This document shows, in pieces, positions 51,078-61,987 of a stretch of 64,000 nucleotides of DNA (its first letter is position 1; each line of letters begins with the position of its first letter). The position numbers and the translations under genes are program-made. Source of the stretch: Octopus vulgaris. Taxonomy: Eukaryota. The notes beneath the pieces were generated by a model. That model worked only from the letters and a program-made list of their open reading frames with translations. It was not told where the DNA came from and made no database searches. The stretch spans positions 39,060,001 to 39,124,000 of the forward strand of contig OX597823.1 in the NCBI GenBank assembly GCA_951406725.2, written 5' to 3'.

Positions 51078-52425
51078 CCTTCAGGAAGATAGCCTTGCTC
51101 AATCTGTATAAAAGCCATGGGTAGAAACTCCATATGATATACCTGGTGTAAGCTATGGACACACAGAAGGTGCAGCAATATCAAAGGAAGGTTAACCAGG
51201 AAGATAGTTTTTGTGTGTAGCAGATGCACAGGGGCAATAAACACTGAAGATGTATAGAAAATAGATTCCATCACATGCAAGGGGGAAAACTGGAAGTAGT
51301 TAATAGTCTGTAGTGGGGGTAGTTGCTCTGAGAGTGTAGTGGCTAGAATAACAATAGCCTGGGAAAAGTTCAAAGAGCTCCCACCTCTACTGGCAACTAA
51401 GGGCTTCTTGCTCAGGATGAAAGGTAGACTGTATGAGGCATGAACTGCCGTGCTACACGGCAGTGAAATATGGACCATGACTGCTGAGGACGTGCAGAGG
51501 CTTGAAAGAAATGAAGCTAGCATGATCCACTGGATGTGTAATGTCACTGTGCATATACAAGTGTAAGTGCCCTGAGAGAAAAGTTGAACTTAAGAAGCAT
51601 CAAATGTGGTGTGCAAGAAAGACAGCTGCACTAGTATGGTCATGTGTTACATATGGATGAAGACAGCTGTGTGAGGAAGTGCCACTCCCTAACTGTGGAA
51701 GCCACCTGTGGAAGAGGTAGACCCAGGAAGACATAGGACGAGGTGGTGAGCCATGACCTTCGAACATTGGGCCTCACAGAGGCAATGACAGGAGACCAAG
51801 ACTTGGAAATATGCTGTGATTGAGAAGAGCCAGCAACTAAATTGAGATTGCAGCCATAGCCTATGCTAGTGTTGCATATCCGGCCCATTTAAGTGTACCC
51901 TTGATGTGCTGGCCTATATGATATGCTTGAGAAGACCTGTTGAGTCAAGTAAACCCAAAATCGTAGCTGTGTCCAGTGCCCCTTGACTGGCTCCTGTTCA
52001 AGTGGCACATAAAATGCATCACCCGAATATGGTTAATGCCAGTGCTACCTGACTGGCTCCTGTGCCAGTGGCATGTAAAAAGCACCATCTGAACAAGGTC
52101 AATGCTAGGTCTGCCTGACTGGCTCCCGTGCCAGTGGCATGTAAAAGGCACCATCCGAACGTGGCTGATGCCAGTATCCCCTGACTGGCTCTCATGCCAG
52201 TGGCACGTAAAAAGCACTATCCGAATGTGATTGATGCCAGCATGGCCTGACTGGCCCCCATGCCAGTGGCACGTAAAAAGCACCATCTGAATGTAGCTGA
52301 TGCTAGTATCCGCTGACTGGCTCCTGTGCCAGTAAAATGCACTATCTGAACATGATCGATGCCAGGCCTGGCTGACTGGCTCCCGAGCTGGTGACATATA
52401 AAAAGCACCCACTACACTCTCGGAG
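51078..52425 (+). mobile_element. RTE LINE fragment filling most of the receptor intron, antisense to the gene
   Basis: Colinear with 30390-31400 and truncated at both ends. Confidence 0.9.
51984..52425 (+). repeat. 66-bp tandem repeat x7 in the RTE 3' UTR
   Basis: tgactgg unit starts at 51984, 52050, 52116, 52182, 52248, 52314 and 52373. Confidence 0.92.
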
Positions 52426-52470
52426 ATTAGAATTAGTGGAAATAAATGGAAGATGAAAAATGTTACTTAC

Positions 52471-53404
52471 TTCCAACAACTGTTTCATCAAACAGCCACC
52501 AGATCTGAGAGACAAAAAACGGTGACCAGCATATTATGTATGTGACTATCACAGCAAATGTAAGTTTCACAGAGTTGAGTTTTGCTTTGGAAAAACCATG
52601 CACTGAATGTGTTCTCAAGATTACTCCCTTTTTTTTCCGTCTCTGTGGATAACGAGTGTTTGCGTCTTTTTTAGTTTTAATGGCATGTCGATATTTTGCC
52701 CATATTGTATAGCAGATGGAACCATACGTGAAGAACAGAATCAAGATTGGGATGAGATAAAGAGCAAAAAAGATGTATAAAGCATAAGCTGTGAGGACCC
52801 AAGCAGGTTCAAAATGAACCCAGCAGTCATAAATGCCACTTCCTTCATTTACCTCTTGCATTTGAAACAAGATTGCTTGCGGGATGCTAAAAATGGTAGC
52901 AATTGCATAAGCTATAAATATCTTACAATACACCATGCATGGAGTCCAAGTTTGGTTAGAGAGGGGATGACAAATTGCTCGATATCTGTCAACAGCTGTC
53001 ATGATTAAGATATATGTAGACAAGTATAATGAAAACATCTGAGCATATTTGATGAAGCGGCACATGGCATCACCAGCCATAAATCGAAATGTGATGTCCC
53101 ATATAAGCTGTGGCAAAATGTTAAAGAAAGCAACTATGAGGTCTGCAATACTCAGGTGCAATATAAACATTTGCATACGACGAACCTTTTTACGGCGCCA
53201 TAAAAGGACCAACAGAACACAAAGATTATTGATAATTGCCAGAGTGAAACATGTACCCAACACAGCAATTTCAATTTTGACAAGTTTTTCATCTCGAATT
53301 GGATGGCTGCTGTTTGTGTTGTTGAGGAAGTCTGTTGTTGGTATTGTGCTTTGTGTATAGAAATCCAGGAAAAAACCTGATGGAGACGTACTTTCCACTT
53401 CCAT
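52471..53404 (-). CDS. CTR2: Oxytocin/vasopressin-family GPCR (cephalotocin receptor 2), TM1-TM6 exon
   Basis: Class A motifs: HLSIADL, LPQLIWDITFRF, DRYRAICHP, YDCW, CWSPFF. The acceptor ttttgcag at 53408 lies 3 nt before the ATG (53404), so an upstream exon is expected and may add a few residues. Donor gtaagt at 52470. The symbol is from recall of the Octopus CTR2 sequence. Confidence 0.9.
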
Positions 53405-53535
53405 TGTCTGCAAAAGTAAAAAAAAAAAACATAAAGCAATTTATAAATTATTTATAAATATAACTGAAAGATTGGTCGATTGTTATAGAAATTAAACACA
53501 CAGACCAAACAATGAAAATCACATATATATATCGT

Positions 53536-54160
53536 AGGCACAGGAGTGGATGTGTGGTAAGTAGCTTGCTTACCAGCCACATAGTTCCAGGTTTAGTCCC
53601 ACTGCATGGCACCTTGGGTAGGTGTCTTCTGCTATAGCCTCAGGCTGCCCAAATCCCTGTGAGACAGAAACTGAAAGAAGCCCGTTGTGTATATATATGT
53701 GTGTGTGTGTGTTTGTCCGTCCAACATTGCTTGACAACTGATGCTGGTGTGTTTACGTCCCCGTAACTTAGCAGTTTGGCAAGAGACCGATAGAATAAGT
53801 ACTAGGCTTACAAAGAAAAAGTCCTGGGGTCGATTTGGTAGACTAAAAGTGGTGCTCCAGCATGGCCGCAGTCAAAATGACTGAAACAAATAAACAAATA
53901 AAAGAATATATACATATATATATATATACATATTTATATACATATATATATATAAATATATATACATATATATATATATACATATTTATTACATATATAT
54001 ATATAAATATATATATATATAGGCACAGGAGTGACTGTGTGGTAAGTGGATTGCTTACCAACCAGATGGTTCTGGGTTCAGTCCTACTGTGCAGCACCTT
54101 GGGTAAGTGTTTTCTACTATAGCCTCAGGCCAACCAAAGCCTTGTAAGTGGATTTGGTAG
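53536..54160 (+). mobile_element. Two SINE family A copies (53536-53907 full length; 54021-54160 5' part) separated by an AT microsatellite
   Basis: Both have the aggcacaggagtg head and the family body. Confidence 0.88.
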
Positions 54161-54639
54161 TCAGATTTAAAATATTGGAATTCATCATCATTATCAGCTA
54201 CCACTACCATTATCAACACTGCCACCACCACCACCGCCACCTTGATACTTAAAATCTCAGGTGAGTATAAGTAATCAGACCATAAGAAATATAAGCCTTT
54301 TACTCCCTCTTCCTCCCACTTATCATCTCTATGAAATGGTGAAGTTATGCAGCAGTGTCAAAATAGAGTGAGCTTTGCTCTTCTCTCTACCTAACAAACA
54401 ATACCACGATTATTTCAACTGTCATTGCTACAGTTTCTATCAGTTTACACTGATGTAGTAGCATTCTTTTAACACATCTTGTTGTTGGGTTAACAAACAA
54501 CAGAGCCTTTGCGGGAGTAAGATATAGAAAAAGGAGAAAATAGTATCAATAGTTTAGGTAATCTATATTTTACTGAGTCTTTATCTACTACCTACATATA
54601 TGCCTGCATACATTCATACATACATGCATACATATACAT

Positions 54640-54916
54640 GGTGGCTGCTCCCTCGTTATCGAGTATGGCCATTGCACGAAGCTTAATCCCAATGGTTTAA
54701 CCGTGTGATCGGGTATTCAGGCTGATTATTTCTATGTCCCTGCGCATGATACATCCTTAAGACATTTATTGGATGGCCGTTGACTCTCAAGAGTTCCTCC
54801 GCCCTTTGACGGGTTTTGTTTTTCATCCCACAGGGTGTCCAATAAACACCTGGTAACATGTAACCCAGTACAACCTGTTGCATGGTTGGGTCGTTGGCGA
54901 CTAAACCGGCAACCCC
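54640..54916 (-). mobile_element. Internally deleted copy of the RTE-related non-autonomous repeat
   Basis: It matches both ends of 47308-47705 with the middle missing (junction gcttaa-tc-ccaatgg) and sits in (CATA)n. Confidence 0.65.
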
Positions 54917-54934
54917 ATACATATACATACATAT

Positions 54935-55017
<83 letters not shown>

Positions 55018-55128
55018 CATGTATGTATGTGTGTATGTACATACGTACGTATGTATGTATATATATATATTTATATATATAGTGTACTGTTCCATGATGG
55101 TAAGATCAGCAAAAAAAAAAAAACACAA

Positions 55129-56046
55129 TAAACACAATATTTGTTTTTATGTGCTACTATTAGTTTCATGTACTGAGAACATGCCAAATAGTGTCTTATA
55201 ACATGTCATGTGTACCACTACAATCATCAGACACTGCTCATATGGCATAATGAACTAAAAATGAGACAAGAGATAAAGTGAGAAAAGGTGAGAAGGAAGT
55301 ATATATAAAAGGTGGAAGATTGAAAAACCAGAAAATAAAAAAGAAATCAGAAATAAACAAAAAAGGATAATAAGAATTATTTCCCTTAGACCGTAAACTA
55401 TAATGCTGAAAAGATTGTCGCTGAGAGCTTAAAGCCTACACAATTCAGTGAGAAAAGCACTTTCCAATTCATCAACAGGAACTTAAGCATATGCTTACAA
55501 CCGCTGAAAATTTTGGATCTAGAGTTCAGCAGTGAGTCACAGTTTTTAAATCTGAGTTCTTTCAGCTACACATAGCTTACATTTTTTTGATTTGTAAACA
55601 TAAGATGTGGATTTTCCAACTATTTTCCATGTGTGGTGTGGCGTTTGATTTCAAAACCCATACATGACTAGCCAACTTAGTAGCTATACTTTTGTGTCAG
55701 TGTCAGAAGGAAGATATGTTGGTTAGCATAGTGATTTTTGAAGTTGCCTTCACATAGTCTGATGTAGTTCTTCTTATCTGGTTGTGTTATCATCTAGCAT
55801 TGCTGTAACCTCTGCCTCATATATGCTGGTCAGGTAGACAGGTTCCTGGGTCTCAACAGTTACGACTGAGAGTAGGCTCTTGGTGTTGATCTTGTGTAAT
55901 GATACTCTTCATATAGGGGCAGCAGTTATATCGTAATTTCACTGAGTACCTGTTAAATATTTTCTTGTATCTGTGTACCTGTACTATTTGGCATGTTCTG
56001 AGCACATGAAACTAATAGTAGCACATAAAAACAAATATTGTGTTTA
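55129..56046 (-). mobile_element. 5'-truncated Penelope-like element, Naiad-type GIY-YIG, bounded by 64-bp inverted repeats
   Basis: Minus-strand peptides KKIFNRYSVKLRYNCCPYMKSII, IYEAEVT...KNYIRLCEGNFK, ATKLASHVWVLK, WKIVGKSTSY...KKCKLCVAE and LLNSRSKIFSGCKH.LKFLL. The arms are 55129-55192 and 55983-56046. Confidence 0.8.
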
Positions 56047-56319
56047 CTAAACAATATATATATACGTATATAGGTAGATAGGTAGATATAAGTGTGGGTT
56101 GGTGTAAGGAATGACAAAAATATTCCTCAACAAATTCCATCTGACCCAAGCAAGCATGAAAACTGGGCATTAAAACAATGAAGTGATGAGGATGGAATAT
56201 TACCAGTATAGATCTGGGAAGACCATAGTTTAAAATAAACACTTGATGACTATAAGTAATGGTTATTTGTAACATTCACTGATATTCACACTGATATTCT
56301 AAACAGCTTTTAATTTTTT

Positions 56320-56620
56320 AAAATTTTTATCAGAATGGCTTCTTTAATCTGTAGGTTACTGATGTTATAGTCTATTGCCGTAACGGTGAATATTATATCC
56401 TTACTCATATTCCTGTAGTCTCAAGGTATTTGTTGAAAAGTGATGTACATGTGTGCTGTGATGTTCTTTGATTCAGATGTGTAATTGCTGAATTATGTTG
56501 CTGTCAACATAGAATTTGTTGCATTTGGTACATTGGTTCTGATATATAATGTAAATGTATTTATGAGATAAAGCTCCAGCATACATAAGTTTTTTGTTGG
56601 TGAAGAGACATATCTTGCAT
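56320..56620 (-). mobile_element. Second Penelope-like GIY-YIG remnant (CxxC type)
   Basis: IIYQNQCTKCNKFYVDS...QLHI*IKEH...NISNLQIKEAILIK. Confidence 0.7.
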
Positions 56621-56815
56621 AGACATTTTCATGAGAAGCCTTTGAGCTGGCTGGCTGTATATCTTGTCCTTTTTAAATATATGGCCATGATTATAGTGGA
56701 GGTTGTGCTGTTGTTGAATTGTGATAACTTTAGAAACAGATGTTGGAAAAAGTTTTTTCCAGTTCTTCTGCTTAGGAAGCTGAAGTCACTTAAGTATTAT
56801 TAGAATGCTGCTGAA

Positions 56816-57000
56816 AGGCTGCAAGCTGACTGAATTGTTAGCATGTCTTTACCTTCTAAGTTCAAATTCCACCAAGGTCAACTTTGCCTTTCATCCCTCC
56901 AGGGTCAATAAAATAAGTACCATTTGAGTACTGGAGTCAATGTAATTGACTTAACCTCTTCCAGGAAATTTCTGGCCTTGTGGCAAAATTTGAAACCATT
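56816..57000 (+). mobile_element. SINE family B with an apparent 15-bp TSD
   Basis: attattagaatgctg occurs at 56796-56810 and 56998-57012. Confidence 0.8.
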
Positions 57001-57247
57001 ATTAGAATGCTGGGTATTATTAGAATGAAACGGGTATTATTGTACCCTGCTTCTCACTATCTACTCCTGCTACTACATACAATTCTATCTGTCTATGTGT
57101 ATTATGAGTAAGCATTATCTTGAGTTCAAGGACTCGTAGGGCCAGTTACCCATTTCCATGGTATTTAAGTGATCAAGATCACAAGATTCTTCCTGAATGG
57201 GAATGCAGTCATGAATGCAACGCCATAAACACTTGATAATGTACCTT

Positions 57248-57736
57248 AAGGCAGCGAGCTGACAGAACCATTAGCATGCTAGGAAAAATGGTTAGTGGCA
57301 TTTCGTCTGTCTATGTTCTGAGTTCAAATTCAGCTGAGGTTAATTTTACCTTTCATCCTTTTGGGGATCAATGAAGTAAGTACCAGTTATGCACTGGGGT
57401 CAATGTAATCTACTAGTTCCCTCCCCTCAAATTTCAGACCTTGTGCCTATAATAGAAAGGATTGTTATGAGATGGCTTTAAGGTGGCAAACTGGCAGAAT
57501 CATTAGTATGTTGGGCAAAATGCTTAGTTGTATTTTGTCTGTCTTTATGTTCTGAGTTCAAGTTCTGCTGTGGTCAACGTTGCTCTTCATCATTTTGATA
57601 AGTACAGTTAAACACTGGGGTTGATGCAATCGACCTTTCCCTTCTCCCAAAACTGTACAAAGTACAAGTAAAGTGTTGGGGTCAATACAATCAATTTACC
57701 TCCTCGCTATAATTGTTGGCCTTGTGCCAAAATTTG

Positions 57737-57776
<40 letters not shown>

Positions 57777-58275
57777 TATTATTATTATTATTATGAAGGC
57801 TGGACAAAATACTTAGCGGTATTTCGCCTGTTGGTATGTTCTGAGTTCAAACTCTACTGAGGTCAACTTCACCTTTCATCCTTTCAGCATCGATAAAATA
57901 AGTACCAGTTAAACACTGGGGTTGATGCAATCGACCTTTCCCTTCTCCCAAAACTGCTGCCCTTGTGGCAAAATTTGAAACCACAACCACCATCACCACC
58001 ACCACCACCACCACCACCACCACCACCATCACCATCATCATCATCATCATCATCATCATTATTAAGGCAGTGAGCTGGCAGAACTGTTTGTACACTGGGA
58101 AAAATGCTTAGTGGTATTTTGTCTGTCTGTATATTCTGAGTTCAAATTCTACTGAGGTCACTTTGCCTTTCATCCTTTCAGGGTTGGCAAAATAAGTACC
58201 AGTTGAGTATTGGGGTTGATGTAATTGACTTACCTCTTCCCCTAAAATTGCTGGCCTTGAGCCGAAATTGGAAGT
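57248..58275 (+). mobile_element. Head-to-tail array of four SINE family B copies with CAT/ATT/CAC spacers
   Basis: Heads (aaggcagcgagctg-like) at about 57248, 57480, 57796 and 58064. Confidence 0.88.
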
Positions 58276-58698
58276 TATTTTTATTATGTAGAGTATTGTC
58301 CCTCAGGCTTTTCATTGATATTCATTATCAGTTTCATCAAGGATAAACATTATTATAAACAGCGACCCGATGCAGGTTCACTGGTAGGATTTGAACATGT
58401 ATTGGTGACATTAATTAATCAATTGTGCAACAGAGCACATGTCTCTCTCCCCTCTCTTCCTTCTCCCAAATTAGGCAATTACATTTATTTATATTTTGTG
58501 CTATATTTTGACTGTGTTGTTATCTCTTTAATTAGTTAATTAATTAGTATAGCAGGACATTAATATAAGATGTGGAGTGTAACTTGTTCTTGTCCTGTTC
58601 TTCTTATTTGTCATTGGGTCTGGTATGATCACTGACCACTGGCTAGGACTGATAAAAAAAAAATATCATTGTCTGCCACCACTGCTGCTGCCCTACCC

Positions 58699-58773
58699 AT
58701 CATCATCATCGTCATCATCATCATTGTCATCGTCATCATCATCGTCGTCATCGTCGTCATCGTCGTCGTCGTC

Positions 58774-58832
<59 letters not shown>
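58699..58832. repeat. (CAT/CGT)n microsatellite
   Basis: Read directly. Confidence 0.95.
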
Positions 58833-58833
<1 letters not shown>

Positions 58834-59376
58834 TATGTCTTCGCAAATAACAAAGGAAATCAATACAAATACACAGTCACTAGATTCACAAGAAATAAGA
58901 GCCAAATCTCTCCTGACTCACATCTTACTATAAAGGACAATCTGATGTATAAAAGGACGGATGGTCATGGCTCTAAAGACTTTAGGTAATAAGTCTATTC
59001 AATCAAGTATGACCAAGGACAACACAACAACAGCAACAGAACTTCTCCTCCTCTCTTCCTATCCCCTCCTCATTTCCTCTCCTCTATCTCCCCTCCTACC
59101 CAACCAACCTTCTCTGTGTCATTGTCTTTGTCATCTGTCTTCCTCATTGTAGTCACTGTTGCCATTGTCCTTCATTTGGTGTTAATTTCAAATCTGGTTA
59201 TTCCATTTCATGAATCACTCTAGAGGGATGGTAGGAGGAAAGAACGTACTTTTGTCTCACCCACCATAACTGCCACCACCACCACCACCACCACCACCAA
59301 AACCACTACCAGGTGTGTGACATGATAATCAGTACCAATGTAATATGATGAGAAAAACCACTGGTACATACATACA

Positions 59377-59406
<30 letters not shown>

Positions 59407-59408
<2 letters not shown>

Positions 59409-59811
59409 CTCTTTTACTCTTTTACTTGTTTCAGTCATTTGACTGTGGCCATGCTGGAGCACCGCCTTTAGTCGAGCAAATCGACCCCGGGACTTATTCT
59501 TTGTAAGCCCAGTACTTATTCTATCGGTCTCTTTTGCCAAACTGCTAAGTGACAGGAACTTAAACACACCAGCATCGGTTGTCAAGCAATGCTAGGGGGA
59601 CAAACACAGACACACAAACACACTCACACATACATATACATATATATACATATATACGACAGTCTTCTTTCAGTTTCTGTCTACCAAATCCACTCACAAG
59701 GCATTGGTCGGCCTGGGGCTATAGCAGAAGACACTTGCCCAAGATGCCACGCAGTGGGACTGAACCCGGAACCATGTGGTTGGTTAGCAAGTTACTTACC
59801 ACACAGCCACT
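59407..59811 (-). mobile_element. Young SINE family A copy
   Basis: Nearly identical to 40911-41321. Confidence 0.9.
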
Positions 59812-60104
59812 ATACATACATATATAATTAATTAAAAAAGAGAGATAAAAGATAAAGAAAAAAACCAAAAAAACAAAAAGAGGACATAGCCCAAGCAGTG
59901 TATTAATATGAAGCTTGGAGAAGGAAATGAGTAGTTGTTTTACGTTTTGAGCATAGCGCTTCTTCGGAAACAAGAAAATCAGGAAAGTCCAAAGAGAAGG
60001 AGGAAGAAAGATGAAAAAATTATCCATGTGCAGTTACATATCTGAAGTGACTGGAAGTAGAAGGGGAAACAGAAAGTGCTTTCTAGGATTGGAGAGTGTG
60101 AAGA

Positions 60105-60578
60105 TGGTGTGTGTGTGTATGTGTGTGCGTGTGTGTGTGTGTGTGTGGTTGTGTGTGTGTGTGTGTGGTACCGTGTGCATGTGTGTGGTTGCATGTGTGT
60201 GTGTGTGTTAGCATGTGTATGTGTGGTATTAATTCTATGTGTGTGTGAGTAGTCTGTGTGTACATGTGATGATCTGGAGTACTGTTGTCTTCATGTATAT
60301 GTTTTTGTGTGTGTATTTGTGTATAAGTACAGGTGCACAGTTTAGGTGAGAAAGAGAAAGAGAGAGAGGAGGGAGAGAGAGAAGGAGAGAGAAAAAGATA
60401 GAGAGAAAGAGAAAGAGAAGGAGAAAGAGGGAGAGAGAGAGGGAGAGAGAGAGGGAGAGAGAGAGAGAGATTATATGGAAACAAAACACCCAAAGTTAAA
60501 CATTCCTTTGATACATGATGCCAACATATTGTCGGTAACAACGCATATACTCAGACATAGACACACAGATACATACAT

Positions 60579-60613
<35 letters not shown>

Positions 60614-60645
60614 ACACAAACACACCACACACACACACACTCACA
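60105..60645. repeat. TG-, GA- and CA-rich microsatellite region
   Basis: Read directly. It explains the HT/VC/ER/SL ORFs. Confidence 0.9.
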
Positions 60646-60776
60646 GGTGTTGTTGATAATGTTTAATCTCAGGTAACAACACATATATACACATATAGAT
60701 ATACATAAAAAATAAGATTGAATGAAAATAGGCATGACCCCTCGAGTAACAGTGTACAGACTTGTATTGTTATTAC

Positions 60777-60832
<56 letters not shown>

Positions 60833-60836
<4 letters not shown>

Positions 60837-61932
60837 GAAAGCCTCTCAGATAGTTCTTAATTACCGGTTATTCTTTACTTGAAAGCAAGCAACAACAAAT
60901 CAGCAAAGGTTTCAAGTAGTGCCTTCTCCTGTGACTCAAAGAGACAATACTCTCCTCAGAATGTGAACTGTATCCAACAATGCTGTCTTCTGGATCGGAC
61001 CTGACAGCAGCTCCAATATTCTTAATACGTTTTTCAAAGCTCTTGGAAACTGATCCTAATGCTCCAGTTACCACCAGTATACCATCACTTTCCTCTTGCC
61101 CCATAACTTCCCTATCTTGTTCTGCAGTGGCTGGTATTTCTCAATCTTTTCTGTTTCTTTACTTTTCACCCTCAAATCCCCTGGTATTGCAGCATCAATT
61201 ATATTTACTTCTTTTTCATCTTTTTGGATGAGCATGATATCTGGTCGTTTTGCATCTATGACTTGGTTGCACTGCATGTTAAAATCTCAGAGTATCTTGT
61301 AATGTTTGTTTTCCCTTACTCCCTCTGGTTTGTGTTCATACCATTGTTTGGCTCTCTTGAGGTTTGCTTTACTGCACAACAGCCAGTAGACATATTTGAC
61401 CACATTGTTGTGTCTCCTTTTATATTCGCATAGTACAAGATTACAGCACTCACTAACAATATGGCTTATACTTTCTCCCTACTCAGAGCACATCCTACAC
61501 TGTGGCAAGTCAGTGTTTTAATCAATGTGATATTTAGAGTAGTTTGTTCTGAAAGCTTGTTCTTGAGCGCTTCACACTAATGCCTCAGTGGGCCCTTTTA
61601 AGTCTCCTTTCTGCAGCTATTGTCAGGTTCTATTCTAATCAATCTCATCTTTATTCTTCAAGGACTGACTGTGCATTTTTTTGTCCTACCAAATTTTCTT
61701 TATCTGCTCTCTCTGGACTTTCTTAGATCGAACTGGATCTGCAGCTTTGTTCACTTTTAAGGTTCCTTGCATTTTCACTGCTTCAATCATTTCTTCTTTA
61801 CTCCCCTTGACATACCAAGCCAGGCTATTCTCCACTTCCCTTACACAACCTTCACAACACACTAATCCCCGTCCTCCCTCCCTCCTATTTACATACAATT
61901 TTGACACATTACTCTGGTGATACCAGGACTGA

Positions 61933-61933
<1 letters not shown>
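60833..61933 (-). mobile_element. 5'-truncated R4/Dong-type non-LTR retrotransposon (restriction-like endonuclease)
   Basis: KLYVNRREGGRGL, CCHC knuckle CRMCSE*GESISHIVSEC, YKRRHNNV, RPDIMLI...IIDAAIP.D...KETEKIEKYQPL and VVTGALG. It has (TAA)n on both sides. Confidence 0.88.

Positions 61934-61984
<51 letters not shown>

Positions 61985-61987
<3 letters not shown>

Noticed and set aside
50966-51547. 193-aa hydrophobic minus-strand ORF as an extra receptor exon
   Set aside because: It is antisense RTE sequence within the intron, and the flanking exons already join into a complete 7-TM protein.
51984-52425. CRISPR-like repeat/spacer appearance
   Set aside because: The variable parts are homologous to each other, the unit belongs to an RTE 3' UTR, the DNA is eukaryotic and there are no cas genes.
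54840-54916. HDV-like ribozyme at the 5' end of the RTE-related repeat
   Set aside because: A GGTTG/CAACC pairing is present, but I could not assemble the P2/P3/P1.1 double pseudoknot by eye; this needs a motif search.
55690-55865. In-frame TGA codons in the Naiad-type GIY-YIG as possible selenocysteine
   Set aside because: They fall at expected Arg positions (CGA>TGA CpG decay), not Cys positions, in a copy that also has frameshifts.
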